A stretch of 63,454 nt of DNA, the filler included, from Octopus bimaculoides (taxonomy: Eukaryota), in NCBI RefSeq assembly GCF_001194135.2. It is 6 parts of 6 records of this genome, joined end to end, with 100 filler letters (N's around TTAATTAATTAA, not from the genome) between each part and the next. Parts side by side here need not be neighbours in the genome. Positions count along the whole stretch, not along the records: positions 32,851 to 55,544 come from NC_068982.1; positions 55,645 to 59,302 come from NW_026313195.1; positions 59,403 to 61,784 come from NC_068990.1; 3 more parts are not named here. The stretch is one strand, 5' to 3'. The position numbers and the translations under genes are program-made. Position 1 is the first letter of the stretch. Every line of letters begins with the position of its first letter. Below the pieces are notes generated by a model. That model was not told where the DNA came from. It searched no databases and was given only the letters and a program-made list of their open reading frames with translations. Shown here in pieces: positions 49,880-60,734 of the stretch.

Positions 49880-50100
49880 GAGTGAGAGAGAAGTGCATGC
49901 CATCAAAGCGACACTGGGGTAAAATATACGAAGCCCATTATACCCATCATGACTACTTGTCTGATAAGGGTACACCAGGCACATGCATCACAACCATATG
50001 TGCGCGACATGGTGATCTCATATCAAAATAAACAGCGCATGATCTCGCAGGTGGGGCCCAGTTAGAATTTTCTTCAGGTCGGGTAGCCTATCCCGCTCAA
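49872..50100 (-). mobile_element. Retroposon-like 3' fragment embedded in (TAA)n (probably a non-LTR 3' UTR or its SINE)
   Basis: Complex roughly 230-bp segment bounded on both sides by (TTA)n; minus-strand end CTCTCACTCAATAATAAT. Confidence 0.55.
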
Positions 50101-50106
50101 AAATTA

Positions 50107-50140
<34 letters not shown>

Positions 50141-51216
50141 CATTATAAGAAATCCTTAAGATAACGAGCACAGGTGTTTATTTACTCTTAAGTTTTAAAA
50201 CTAAGAAGTCAAATTACATTGCATTTGCCCTCAGGATGATTATGATAATAATTACAATGATTACAATGATTTAAATATTTAAATCTTTTGTTCAGTATAT
50301 GACACCTTAAGTGGTATACTAGTTATTACCTGTGATAGGATTATACATTTGTCTATAGAATTCACATAATGGTTGATTTAATTATACATGTAGTGCTTCA
50401 ATTAATTCATTTGAAGCTTAAAGCCGAACCTCATTTTGTATGTGATGCATTATAACTCTAATTGAAGATCAGAATTCCTGCTGCACTCTGATGCAACAGT
50501 TGTATGCTTGTAAATAAATTAGTTATATGCCGTTTAGAAGGTGAGCACTTTGCAGTGGATTTTAACACCTGATGAATCATAACTATAACTCAGTCTTGAT
50601 TAACAGTTCAAATCATTCCATCTAATTAACTAACAAACATGAAGGCCATACAACCATCTCCCCTTTTTTTTTTATCCTCTTCTCTGATGGGAGTTAAGGT
50701 CTTGTCAGATTTACTCAACCATTTGATATCTCTCAGGGACAGTGTCTTTTTCATATTCTGCAAGGAGTAGTTCTAATTTTAACCTATAAACTTCAACTCT
50801 AAACAATGAAGGGTCGGAGAGGTAGAATTACCAAAATTAATTTGCCGAGAATGTGGCACAAACCAATCCAAAGAACCAGGCATCAGTGATGCAATCATGC
50901 TGATAGTAAATTACTTCATTTCTCTTTGGATTTAACTAATTAAGGATTCTATCAGAATGTCTTGGACAAGGTCATTTGGATGATTTGCTCATTAAGTTCT
51001 GCCAAAAGCCTTGTAACTCTATTGATACAAACCTGCCTGAGATCATTCCTTGTACCAAGGGTTCTGAACCAAGGTCTATATGACCCTAGGGGGTTCTTAT
51101 ACGATTTTGTTAAGTTTATGTGCAAAAAAATTCGTTAAATTTCTACGGTATATAAAATATTTTAACAATTTTTTTATATAGTGAGCATCTTGCAGTGGAT
51201 TTTAACACCTGATGAA

Positions 51217-51588
51217 TAGGCGTAGGAGTGGCTGTGTGGTAAGTAGCTTGCTTACGAACCACATGGTCCTGGGTTCAATCCCACTGTTCGGCACCTTGGG
51301 CAAGTGTCTTCTACTATAGCCTCGGGCCAACCAAAGCCTTGTGAGTGGATTTAGTAGAAGCCCGTCGTATATATGTATATACATATATATGTTTGTGTGC
51401 CTGTGTTTGTTCTCCCAACATCGCTTGACAACCGATGCTGGTGTATTTACGTCCCCGTAACTTAGTGGTTCAGCAAAAGTGACCGATAGAATAAGTACTA
51501 GGCTTACAAAGAATAAGTCCTGGGGTCGATTTGCTCGACTAAAAAAGGCGGTGCTCCAGCATGGCCACAGTCAAATGACTGAAACAAT
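51217..51588 (+). mobile_element. SINE family A
   Basis: Full A architecture with a small internal deletion of the GGAAACTGAAA segment. Confidence 0.9.
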
Positions 51589-51609
51589 ACAATTCCTAAT
51601 AATATTTGA

Positions 51610-51703
51610 GGCGAAGGTAAAGAATATGCACACCACTTGTTTTTGGCACTTAGGGTTAGGGCTATGCTGAAAAGGGTGGTGTGCGTATTCTTTACCTCCG
51701 CCA
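51610..51703. mobile_element. Roughly 94-bp foldback (MITE-like) element with TTAGGGTTAGGG core
   Basis: GGCGAAGGTAAAGAATATGCACACCAC vs GTGGTGTGCGTATTCTTTACCTCCGCC: 27-bp inverted repeat with 2 mismatches. Confidence 0.7.
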
Positions 51704-51824
51704 TATTTAATTATAAAAATAGGATAAGAATTTTTTAAAAATTGAACGGTTGTTGGGTTCCAGCAGACTAAAATAGGAATCAGAGGGGTCCATAGGTAAA
51801 AATGGTTCCTAAGACATAGAATCA

Positions 51825-52020
51825 TTAGCATGTTGAACAAAAAGCTTAGTGGTAATTTTCTGGCTCTTTACATTCTGAGTTCAAATACTGTGGAGGTCAA
51901 CTTAGCCTTTTTTGTCTACATGGGGTCAATAGAACAAAGTATTGTCCAAGAATAGGGGCCAATGTAATCAACTTACTTCCTGCTCTAAGATTGCTGGCTT
52001 TGTACCAAAATTTGAAACCA
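51825..52020 (+). mobile_element. SINE family B, strongly decayed
   Basis: TTCTGAGTTCAAATACTGTGGAGGTCAAC...TTGCTGGCTTTGTACC. Confidence 0.65.
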
Positions 52021-53682
52021 TTATACAAATGTTCTGTTTTCAAGTAACCTAGATTTAAATTGATCCATCAAAATTCCATGGTAATCTATATTCCAAATAT
52101 TAGCTTCATATGACCGTTATTTTACTTAATCCTTTGTTATTTTCAAAGTTAATTGAAACAAGTTTGGTATATTTCAACAGAAATATGGTAACAAAAGGGT
52201 TATGCTAAATAATTCAAGCCTGAGAATTGTGATATTTATGCCTTTCCCAAGGACAATCTTAATACGCAAGAAGTGAAGTAGTACAGTCAGGAATTGAAAC
52301 TAGATGGCACACTAAGTTTGCTCAGGAATTTACTTCCTCTTTCGTGACACTTTAACTATGTTTGTGTCGGAAATAACATATATCTTTGTAAGTAAGTATT
52401 GTGAAGTAGCATTGAGTTCTTGGCAGAGAAATTCACTGAATTAGCTTTGATTCCAAGTCAGAATGACTTCACTTCACTTCATTTGAACATTACTAACATT
52501 TTTGAGAAGGTCATGACCATGCTTAATATTCCATTTCCCTTCATTTAAATACCTATGGCTTCACGTCTACATAAGAAACACATTAACATATTCAGGCTTG
52601 AGCTAACATTTATTTTTTTTTAGCAGTTCCACCAACATATTTACTTGTACTTATTTTCAGAATTCTGACTTGCAGAATATTTAAGTTTCTCATAGCAGGA
52701 ATTAAACTTTGGTAAATATCTGTATCTGAACTGCTGATCAGTTGTATAATCTAGAGAGATGTTATCATGTCATCTTATCTGATAATTTTCCTTTGATTTG
52801 GATTAGTTAAATCTAATCCCTTAATGTTCTAGTTTCATTCTCTCTTTATGCCTTATGTAGGATGCCTTAGAGATTAGAACATGAAATACTGGGTTCTAGT
52901 AATAACATGGCAAGGATTTTCTTTGGTGATGATGGAGATTGGCTGCCAGCAAGGGATTTAAACCAAAGTTAGTTCCATCAGTGACGTATGTAAAGTTGGT
53001 TGAATATAGTAACTATATAGCAAACAGCTATTTCTTAATGATGCTAATTACTGCTCTGTGTTAACTAAGCAATTTAAATTGTTCATTCTTGTAACTGTTG
53101 ACCTCCATAATTTTTCACACACACACACACACACACATGCATGCTTGGCCACATGCATGCATGCATGCATGCAAACACATGCACACATACACAGAAATTT
53201 AAATGCAACTGAACATTAATATAAGGATAGTTTGGTAGCTTATTAAAACAGCAGCACTGTAAGAAGCCCATATATATAGAGAGATCTATCGATCCATCCA
53301 TCGATCCATCCATCCATCTAGATAGATAGATAGATAGATATAATTTGATTAAAGGCTATGTTAGTCTCATGAAGGGATGGTGTTATCCAAGGAAATACTG
53401 GTTCAATACCTAATACTTTTTGGGGGGAATTGATTTCCTTAAAATAATAGGTATGCATATAAACACCTGTACTTTATATTCATATAAAGGAAGAAAAGTT
53501 AATAAGAGTTTATTATCAACAACAACATCAACAATCAATATTTATCCCTTACAGTTGTTTCAATTATACTCAGTGAATTAATTAGATATTAAGCTCATAT
53601 TTCTGAGCATAATATCTTCAGAGGAAGACAAAATATACCATTAGATGTTTTATATGTTTGTTTACAGATTCATTATAGCAGG

Positions 53683-53689
<7 letters not shown>

Positions 53690-53775
<86 letters not shown>

Positions 53776-54000
53776 GTGTATATATCTTTGTGTCTGTATT
53801 TGTCCTCTACCACTGCTTGACAACTGGTATTGGTATGTCTTCCATCCTTGTAACCAAGCAGCTCAGCAAAAGACACCGATAGAATAAGTATCAGGCTTCG
53901 AAAAAATAAGTACTGGGGGTCGATTCGTTCAGCTAAAGATTCTTCAAAGTGGTGCTCCAGCATGGCTGCAGTTTAATAACAACTGAAACAAGTAGAAGTT
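53690..54000 (+). mobile_element. (TA)n followed by SINE family A 3' half
   Basis: CCACTGCTTGACAAC...GGTGCTCCAGCATGGCTGCAG. Confidence 0.75.
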
Positions 54001-54396
54001 AAATGATAAATACACACACACACTCACACATATACACATGCATCTGTATGCATGTGTGCACATATATGTATGCATGTGTGCATGTGCCTATATGCACATA
54101 TCTACACATGTGCATGCATAGATACAGGCAAATATTGCAAATGCTTCTGTTTATCAAATTACTTATTCAAACTATTTTAAGAATGTTGTCTGTATTAAAT
54201 TATTTACTCCAAGTATTTAAATTAAGTTCTAAATATCAAATCAGTAATTTAAATCCTATTTATAATCCAAACATTAAACCAACTCAGCAAAAGATTTAAT
54301 CCAAAATTATGCATTGAAATTAAGACAGTTGCTTTTCTGATAGAATCAAAGTCAAAATCGTTCAGTAATATATAAAACAAACACATATTTAAGCTC

Positions 54397-55015
54397 AGGT
54401 GTGGTTGTGTGGTAAGAAACATGTTACCAACCACATGGTTCTGGATTCAGTCCCACGGTGTGGCGCATTGGGCAACCAAAGCCTTGTGAGAGGATTTGGT
54501 AGACAGAAACTGAAAGAAACTGAAAAAGGCAGAGAGCTGGCAGAAACGTTAGCACGCCGGGCGAAATGCTTAGCGATATTTCATCTGCCTTTATGTTCTG
54601 AGTTCAAATTCCGCCGAGGTCGACTTAGCTTTTCATCCTTTCGGGGTCGATTAAATAAGTACCAGTTACGCACTGGGGTCGATATAATCGACTTAATCCC
54701 TTTGTCTGTCCTTGTTTGTCTCCTCTGTGTTTAGCCCGTTGTGGGCAGTAAAGAAATAATAAACTGAAAGACACCCATCATATATGTATATACTTTTAAG
54801 CATGTGTGTGTCCTTGTATCTGTGTTTGAGCCCCACTACTGCTTGACAACCGGTGTTGGTGTGTTTACATCCCTGTAACTTAGTGGTTCACAAAAGAGAA
54901 AAGAGACCAATAGAATAAGTACCAGACTTATTTTAAAAAAACCCAGAAAAGTACCGGAGACGATTCATTCAACTAAAACTTCTTCAAGGCAATGCCCCAG
55001 CATGGCCACAGTCTA
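54397..55015 (+). mobile_element. SINE family A with nested SINE B (54527-54760)
   Basis: AAACTGAAA duplicated at 54517-54525 and 54761-54769 around the B copy; A resumes with CCCATCATAT. Confidence 0.85.
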
Positions 55016-55512
55016 AGAACAGGCAGATCCTGCAGTAATGAGGGCACTGAAAGGGACACTAAGCAACAGGCGCAGGGATGTTGATGATGACATGTCTTCC
55101 TCTCTCCATGCAGTCTCCTGCATTTGGCTTCAAAGCATACTACTCCAGCATCTATCTCACTTTATTACAATTTTGATTAATTATTACATTAACGATGAGC
55201 TTGTAATTGTGCCAGGAATGACTATAATACTTGACACTTTCAAATACCAAAGGAAAAAAATAATAACTAAAAATGTAAATATAACAAATGACCTTTGCAT
55301 GCTTTAAATGACCAGTATGATATTTAAGATATGATTAAGCAATTCTATGTCCTATATTTTGATGATGTATTTTGACAATGTCCTATTTCCTATTTATGTG
55401 AAATATTTTTGTACTGTTTCATTTTCTGTATATAAATTTATTCCTACCATTCAGTATAACAGTGCTGTTTAGTTTAGTACTGTTCTATGTAGCCAATTGG
55501 TTCAATATTGTT

Positions 55513-55544
<32 letters not shown>

Positions 55545-56319
55545 NNNNNNNNNNNNNNNNNNNNNNNNNNNNNNNNNNNNNNNNNNNNTTAATTAATTAA
55601 NNNNNNNNNNNNNNNNNNNNNNNNNNNNNNNNNNNNNNNNNNNNTTCCAATAAGTATTTTTCATAAATGAACCCTTAAATTATTTATGCAAAATCTTAAT
55701 CTCAGAGTAAACTTTACTGCTTTAGCCATTTTAGAAAATATTACTTTTATATCCACTTTCATACGTTGACATTAATTGGAAAAGTTGTTGAAACTTTCAA
55801 ATAATGATTTATTGATTGATTACATATATTGATTTTGCACCTGTTTGCCTTTCTCATTACTGACTACACAACTGTGAATTGAACCTCTAAGCATAGAATG
55901 ATGTGTCTTTCCTGGGGACTGAATGGCAGCAATAAGATTTGAACTCCTGAAATTGATCTTTGATAGTTGAGCACATTAATCTCATATCCCTTATTCTTTC
56001 ATGTATGTGTGAGTGTGTGTGCGTGCATGTGTTTATGTGCGTGTGTGCATGTGTGTGTGTGTGTGTGTGTGTGCCAAACAATAGAATTTTTTTAATGTGT
56101 TTAAAAGGAAAATGAAACAAGCAAAAAATGAAAAACAAAAACAGTCCAAAGGCAAACAGATTACCTTTCCTCAATGTGATCATTGTCTCATTACAAAAAT
56201 CCCAGTAGCATTTGCCATAATACATTTCTCGAAGACCATGATTTTGAACGATTGCCTAAAACAGAACAATTCAACAAAATTAACCAGAGTAAGAATATAT
56301 AAAATAGGTTAAAAATGAT

Positions 56320-56346
56320 GACGATGATGATGATGATGATGACAAC

Positions 56347-56388
<42 letters not shown>

Positions 56389-56470
56389 CACGATGATGAT
56401 AATGTTGTCAATAATGATGATATTGACGCTGATGGTGACAATGATGGTGATGATGATGGTAAAACATTTA
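56320..56470. repeat. (GAT)n trinucleotide microsatellite
   Basis: Direct inspection. Confidence 0.92.
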
Positions 56471-56498
56471 TGGTGTACAATCAGAACTTTGGAGTAGT

Positions 56499-56533
<35 letters not shown>

Positions 56534-56715
56534 TATTAAGGGCTTAAATACTGGACTTTTGCACCTTTGACCTTTATATTGCCAAAGCAAAAGGATTAAA
56601 TCCAATAATAGCAAAAGCAGCAAGAATACTCTCACACCTTGTACCTCCCCAACGAAAGAGAAACACCTACAGGCTTGTTTCCAAAGTTTTTCATGCATCA
56701 ATGAATTATAAAGAA

Positions 56716-57525
56716 CTACCCTCCACACCCGGCATTGTTCAGAAGTTTAAAGAATGTTAAAGGAAATAAATATATTTATTCTGATAAAAAATATATTTGC
56801 AGAAAAATTCTATCAGATCACATGAGTATAAAGTTATTAAAACAAATCCTGAAATGAGACACAGTTTAATTTTGTAGAACTTCTAAATATACAACGTTTT
56901 CAGTGTTTCCTTTAATTGGGGTACAAATAAAAAGAGTTTTGGGACTTCCTACTCGTGACTATCCTACATATAATTGCCCAAGAGAGAAGCAAGTGGAAGC
57001 AAGGTTGTTAAGTCCAACAACCTTGAGATTCACTGGGAACTGGAGCCATTTAAATTGAAAGGGGAGGTCAGATGGGATTAATGGGATCTGTGGAATAAAG
57101 ACATCCTCACCTTTACATTTCCCAGTGATAACTGCTGTTTCTAGCACATGGGGTTGCATCACTTTCACCACCAGTCTGGTGCCATTGCACAGGTCAGGTG
57201 AATCCAGATTCCTGAGTAGCACGATTGGGGTCCCCTTTTTAAGTGTTAAGCTGTGTGGTGGCATCTCAGATGACGGTAGAGAGTTCAGGGACTCAGTTGA
57301 AAAAAACTACAGCTTGGCCCTGATGAATGACAGTGTTGATGGATTTGAAAGACTGTTGTTGTCCTGGCAACAGCTGCAAGAGATCCCAATGGATTTTGTC
57401 AACAGCATCTTTACGTGCAGCTAAGATGGCTTGCTCACATAGCCATTGACTGTTTTAAAACTTTTGTGCAATGTTTGGAAACACATGCATCTTGAGATCA
57501 TTGACAGTTGGTACCATCTGACCAC
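56716..57525 (-). mobile_element. Helitron 3' fragment: decayed PIF1-family helicase C-terminus and degenerate 3' terminus
   Basis: VFPNIA..WLCEQAILAARKDAVDKI...ESLNSL..MPPHSLTLKKGTPIVLLRNLDSPDLCNGTRLVV...IPQIPLIPSDLPFQFKWLQFPV...GQLYVGLSRVG...TENVVY; end GAACAATGCCGGGTG..GGGTAGT resembles the Helitron hairpin-CTAG terminus. Confidence 0.9.
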
Positions 57526-57629
57526 AGGATAGCTTGTGTTGCCAAATTTGGTACATATTGACCCACTGGTTTGGCCTTGCATAGAAGAAACACACACACA
57601 CACACACACATATATACATACATACACAC

Positions 57630-58075
57630 TCATCATCATCATCATCATCGTTTAATGTCCGCTTTCCATGCTAGCATGGGTTGGACGATATATAGACATA
57701 CATACATACATATACATATATATGGTGTAGCCATCTGGTTCACCAGTCCTCAGTCAAATCGTCCATATATATATATTATTATTTATCATCATCATCATCA
57801 TCGTTTAACGTCCGCTTTCCATGCTAGCATGGGTTGGACGATATATAGACATACATACATACATATACATATATATGGTGTAGCCATCTGGTNNNNNNNN
57901 NNATATACATACATACACACTCATCATCATCATCATCATCGTTTAATGTCCGCTTTCCATGCTAGCATGGGTTGGACGATATATAGACATACATACATAC
58001 ATATACATATATATGGTGTAGCCATCTGGTTCACCAGTCCTCAGTCAAATCGTCCATATATATATATTATTATTT
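57630..58075 (-). repeat. Repeated RTE tail fragments with inverted segments, partly an assembly overlap across a 10-N gap
   Basis: Unit [(CAT)n-RTE tail 50 nt]-microsatellite-[inverted 42-nt RTE segment] repeated on both sides of the gap at 57893-57902. Confidence 0.75.
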
Positions 58076-59240
58076 ATCATCATCATCATCATCGTTTAAC
58101 GTCCGCTTTCCATGCTAGCATGGGTTGGACGATTTGACTGAGGACTGGTGAACCAGATGGCTACACCAGGCTCCAGTCTGATCTGGCAGAGTTTCTACAG
58201 CTGGATGCCCTTCCTAATGCCAGCCACTCTGAGAGTGTAGTGGGTGCTTTTATGTGCCACCAGCATGAAGGCCAGTCAAGCGGTACTGGCAACAGCCACA
58301 CTGAAAAGGGTGTATTTTATGTGTCACCTGCACAGGAGCCAGTCCAGCGACAGTGGCAATGACCTCACTCGAATGTCTTTTCACATGCCACCAGCACAAG
58401 TGCCAGTAAGGCGACGCTGGTAACGATCACAATCAAATGGTGCGATTTACGTGCCACTGGCATGGAAGCCAGACAGCTGCTCTGACAACGATCACACTCG
58501 AATGGTACTATTAGCACTCCACTGGTACAGGTGCCAACATGATTTTGAATTCACTTGCCCCAACAGGTCTTCGCAAGCCGAGTTTAGTGTCCAATGATGG
58601 AGAGGTTGGCATGGGTGCCAGTCGTCGAATTTAGTTTGATTTCAATTTCACTTGCTTCAACAGGTCTTCGCAAGTGGAGTTTAGTGTCCAATGAAGGAAA
58701 GGTACGCATGAGTGGGTTGGCTACACTCCTGGCAGAGGCCTCGGATTATGGTCTCTCTTAGCTTGCCAGGTCTTCTCAAGCACAGCATATTTCCAAAGGT
58801 CTCAGTCACTAGTCATTGCTTCGGTGAGGCCTAATGTTCGAACGTCATGCTACACCACCTCATCCCAGGTCTTCCTTGGTCTACCTCTTCCACAGGTTCC
58901 CTCAACCACTAGGGTGTGGCACTTTTTCACACGGCTATCCTCATCCATTCTCAGCACATGACCATACTAGCGCAATCGTCTCTCTTGCACACCGCAACTG
59001 ATGTTTCTTAGGTTCAACTTTTCTCTCAAGGTACTTACACTCTGTCGAGTATGCACACTGACATTACACATCCATTGGAGCATACTGGCTTCATTTCTTG
59101 CGAGCTTATGCATGTTCTCAGCAGTCACAGCCCATGTTTCACTGCCATGTAGCATGGCTGTTCGTACACATGCGTCATACAGTCTGCCTATTACTCTGAG
59201 TGAGAGGCCCTTTGTCACCAGCAGAGGTAAGAGCTTCTAA
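58075..59240 (-). mobile_element. 5'-truncated RTE-clade LINE (RT C-terminus with stops, long 3' UTR, (GAT)n tail)
   Basis: LLPLLVTKGLSLRVIGRLYDACVRTAMLHGSETW...LARNEASMLQWMCNV...ERRLR*YGHVLRMDEDSRVKKCHTLVVEGTCGRGRPRKTWDEVV; RTE motifs YGSETW, RLRWYGHV.RM, GRPRKTW. Confidence 0.92.
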
Positions 59241-59402
59241 GTTGGTCATCTTGATAGCGGAAGCTATCAACTACATCTAGTTTTTCTCCCTGGAATGTGG
59301 CANNNNNNNNNNNNNNNNNNNNNNNNNNNNNNNNNNNNNNNNNNNNTTAATTAATTAANNNNNNNNNNNNNNNNNNNNNNNNNNNNNNNNNNNNNNNNNN
59401 NN

Positions 59403-59529
59403 TATGTGTATGTGTGCGTGTGCGCGAATGTGTGCATATATGTGTGTGTTCGTGTTTGTGTGGATGTGTCGGTGCGTGTGTGTGTGTGTGTGCGTGCGTG
59501 TGTGCGTGTTTGTGTGCAAATGTATGCAT

Positions 59530-59560
<31 letters not shown>

Positions 59561-59740
59561 AATGTGTTTCTGCGTGTGTGTTCCCGTGTTTATGTGCGAG
59601 TGTGTGTATATGTGTGTGTGGACGTGTCTGTATGCGTGTGTGTGTGCGTGCGTGTTTGTTTGCAAATGTGTGTATATATGTCTGTGTACGTGTGTGTGGA
59701 TGTGTGTTTATGTGTGTGTGTGTGTGTGTGTATTGTCATG
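59403..59740. repeat. Degenerate (TG)n microsatellite
   Basis: Direct inspection. Confidence 0.92.
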
Positions 59741-60703
59741 TGCATTTATGTTTTCCAATGTCCAGATGGCTGCCATCTCAACAGCTTCTCAACAGTAACT
59801 TTAATCTCTATGCTTACCAATGTCATTGACTGTTCATCAATATATCAATCTGTTCCTGAAAAAAAAAAAGAAAAGAGAAATAAGAAAAATCGTTACACTT
59901 AGCCCGAACACTCTGTATATACTCATTATTTCTTTTCCTCTCTCTTCTTATTCTTAACTTTCCTTTCTTTTCCCTTGACAAAGTACTAACATCCGAAACA
60001 TGAAGGCTTTCTCTTTCTGCATTGAAGCGTTAAACTAAAACCACTTTTATAAAACTTTGTCCTTCTACTGTTCTGCTTTTTAATGTTTATTGGCTTTACA
60101 CCATACGTTTAACCCTTTGATCTCCACTTCTGAACTCTAACCTCGATTATTACTCGGCTTTCTTACTGCTCTTTGCACTGCACAAATTTCACGTGACTTT
60201 ACTAACTTTTTTCTTCGTTTCTCCTAATTTTTTCCCCTTCCTTTTCACCTGTTTCCCTACTCTCAATCTCATTTTTTTCTTTCGTTTCTTGACCTCTGTT
60301 TTCTAGCCTTCGTCTTTCTCATTTGAACTTTCTCACTTGTCCTCTTGCTCCTGTTTTTTAAACACTAACTCTTTCTCTTTCTCTTTCTCTGACTGTTTTT
60401 ATTTCACGTTGCTCCAGTCCACTCAGCTGGCGCAAGTGAATAATCCCGCGACGGGGGGCATCCCCTCCCAGATGGGGAATATATACCCTACAGAATCAGG
60501 GAAACCAGCCTTACGACCCTATGCCTCGGGAAAAACCTTCAACACAATCTCTAATTAACCGTTATTAATAATGAACTACAAGTCGTTTACCCTTTATATT
60601 TACAAATTACAGCTTTATCCAGATAGACAGTCCCACCCAGAGATCATACCCCTGGCATATATGTTGTTATGGATATGAGTGTGAGGTGTGTGTGTATGTG
60701 TAT

Positions 60704-60734
<31 letters not shown>

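Larger units (their letters stand above)
51056..51815. mobile_element. hAT-like MITE interrupted by SINE A and a small foldback element
   Basis: Degenerate ends GGGTTCTGAACC...GACCCTAGGGGG and GGGGTCCATAGG...GGTTCCTAAGAC, homologous to 41170-41330. Confidence 0.4.

Noticed and set aside
52661-52990. Plus-strand splice-like signals (TTTTCAG...GTAAAT; ATGTAG...)
   Set aside because: No consistent open frame across segments; could be UTR exons but unsupported.
1370-59902. Long ORFs of YIYI/HTHT/CVCV/SLSL/X composition in the ORF track
   Set aside because: They are translations of microsatellites and N gaps, with no codon or domain signal.
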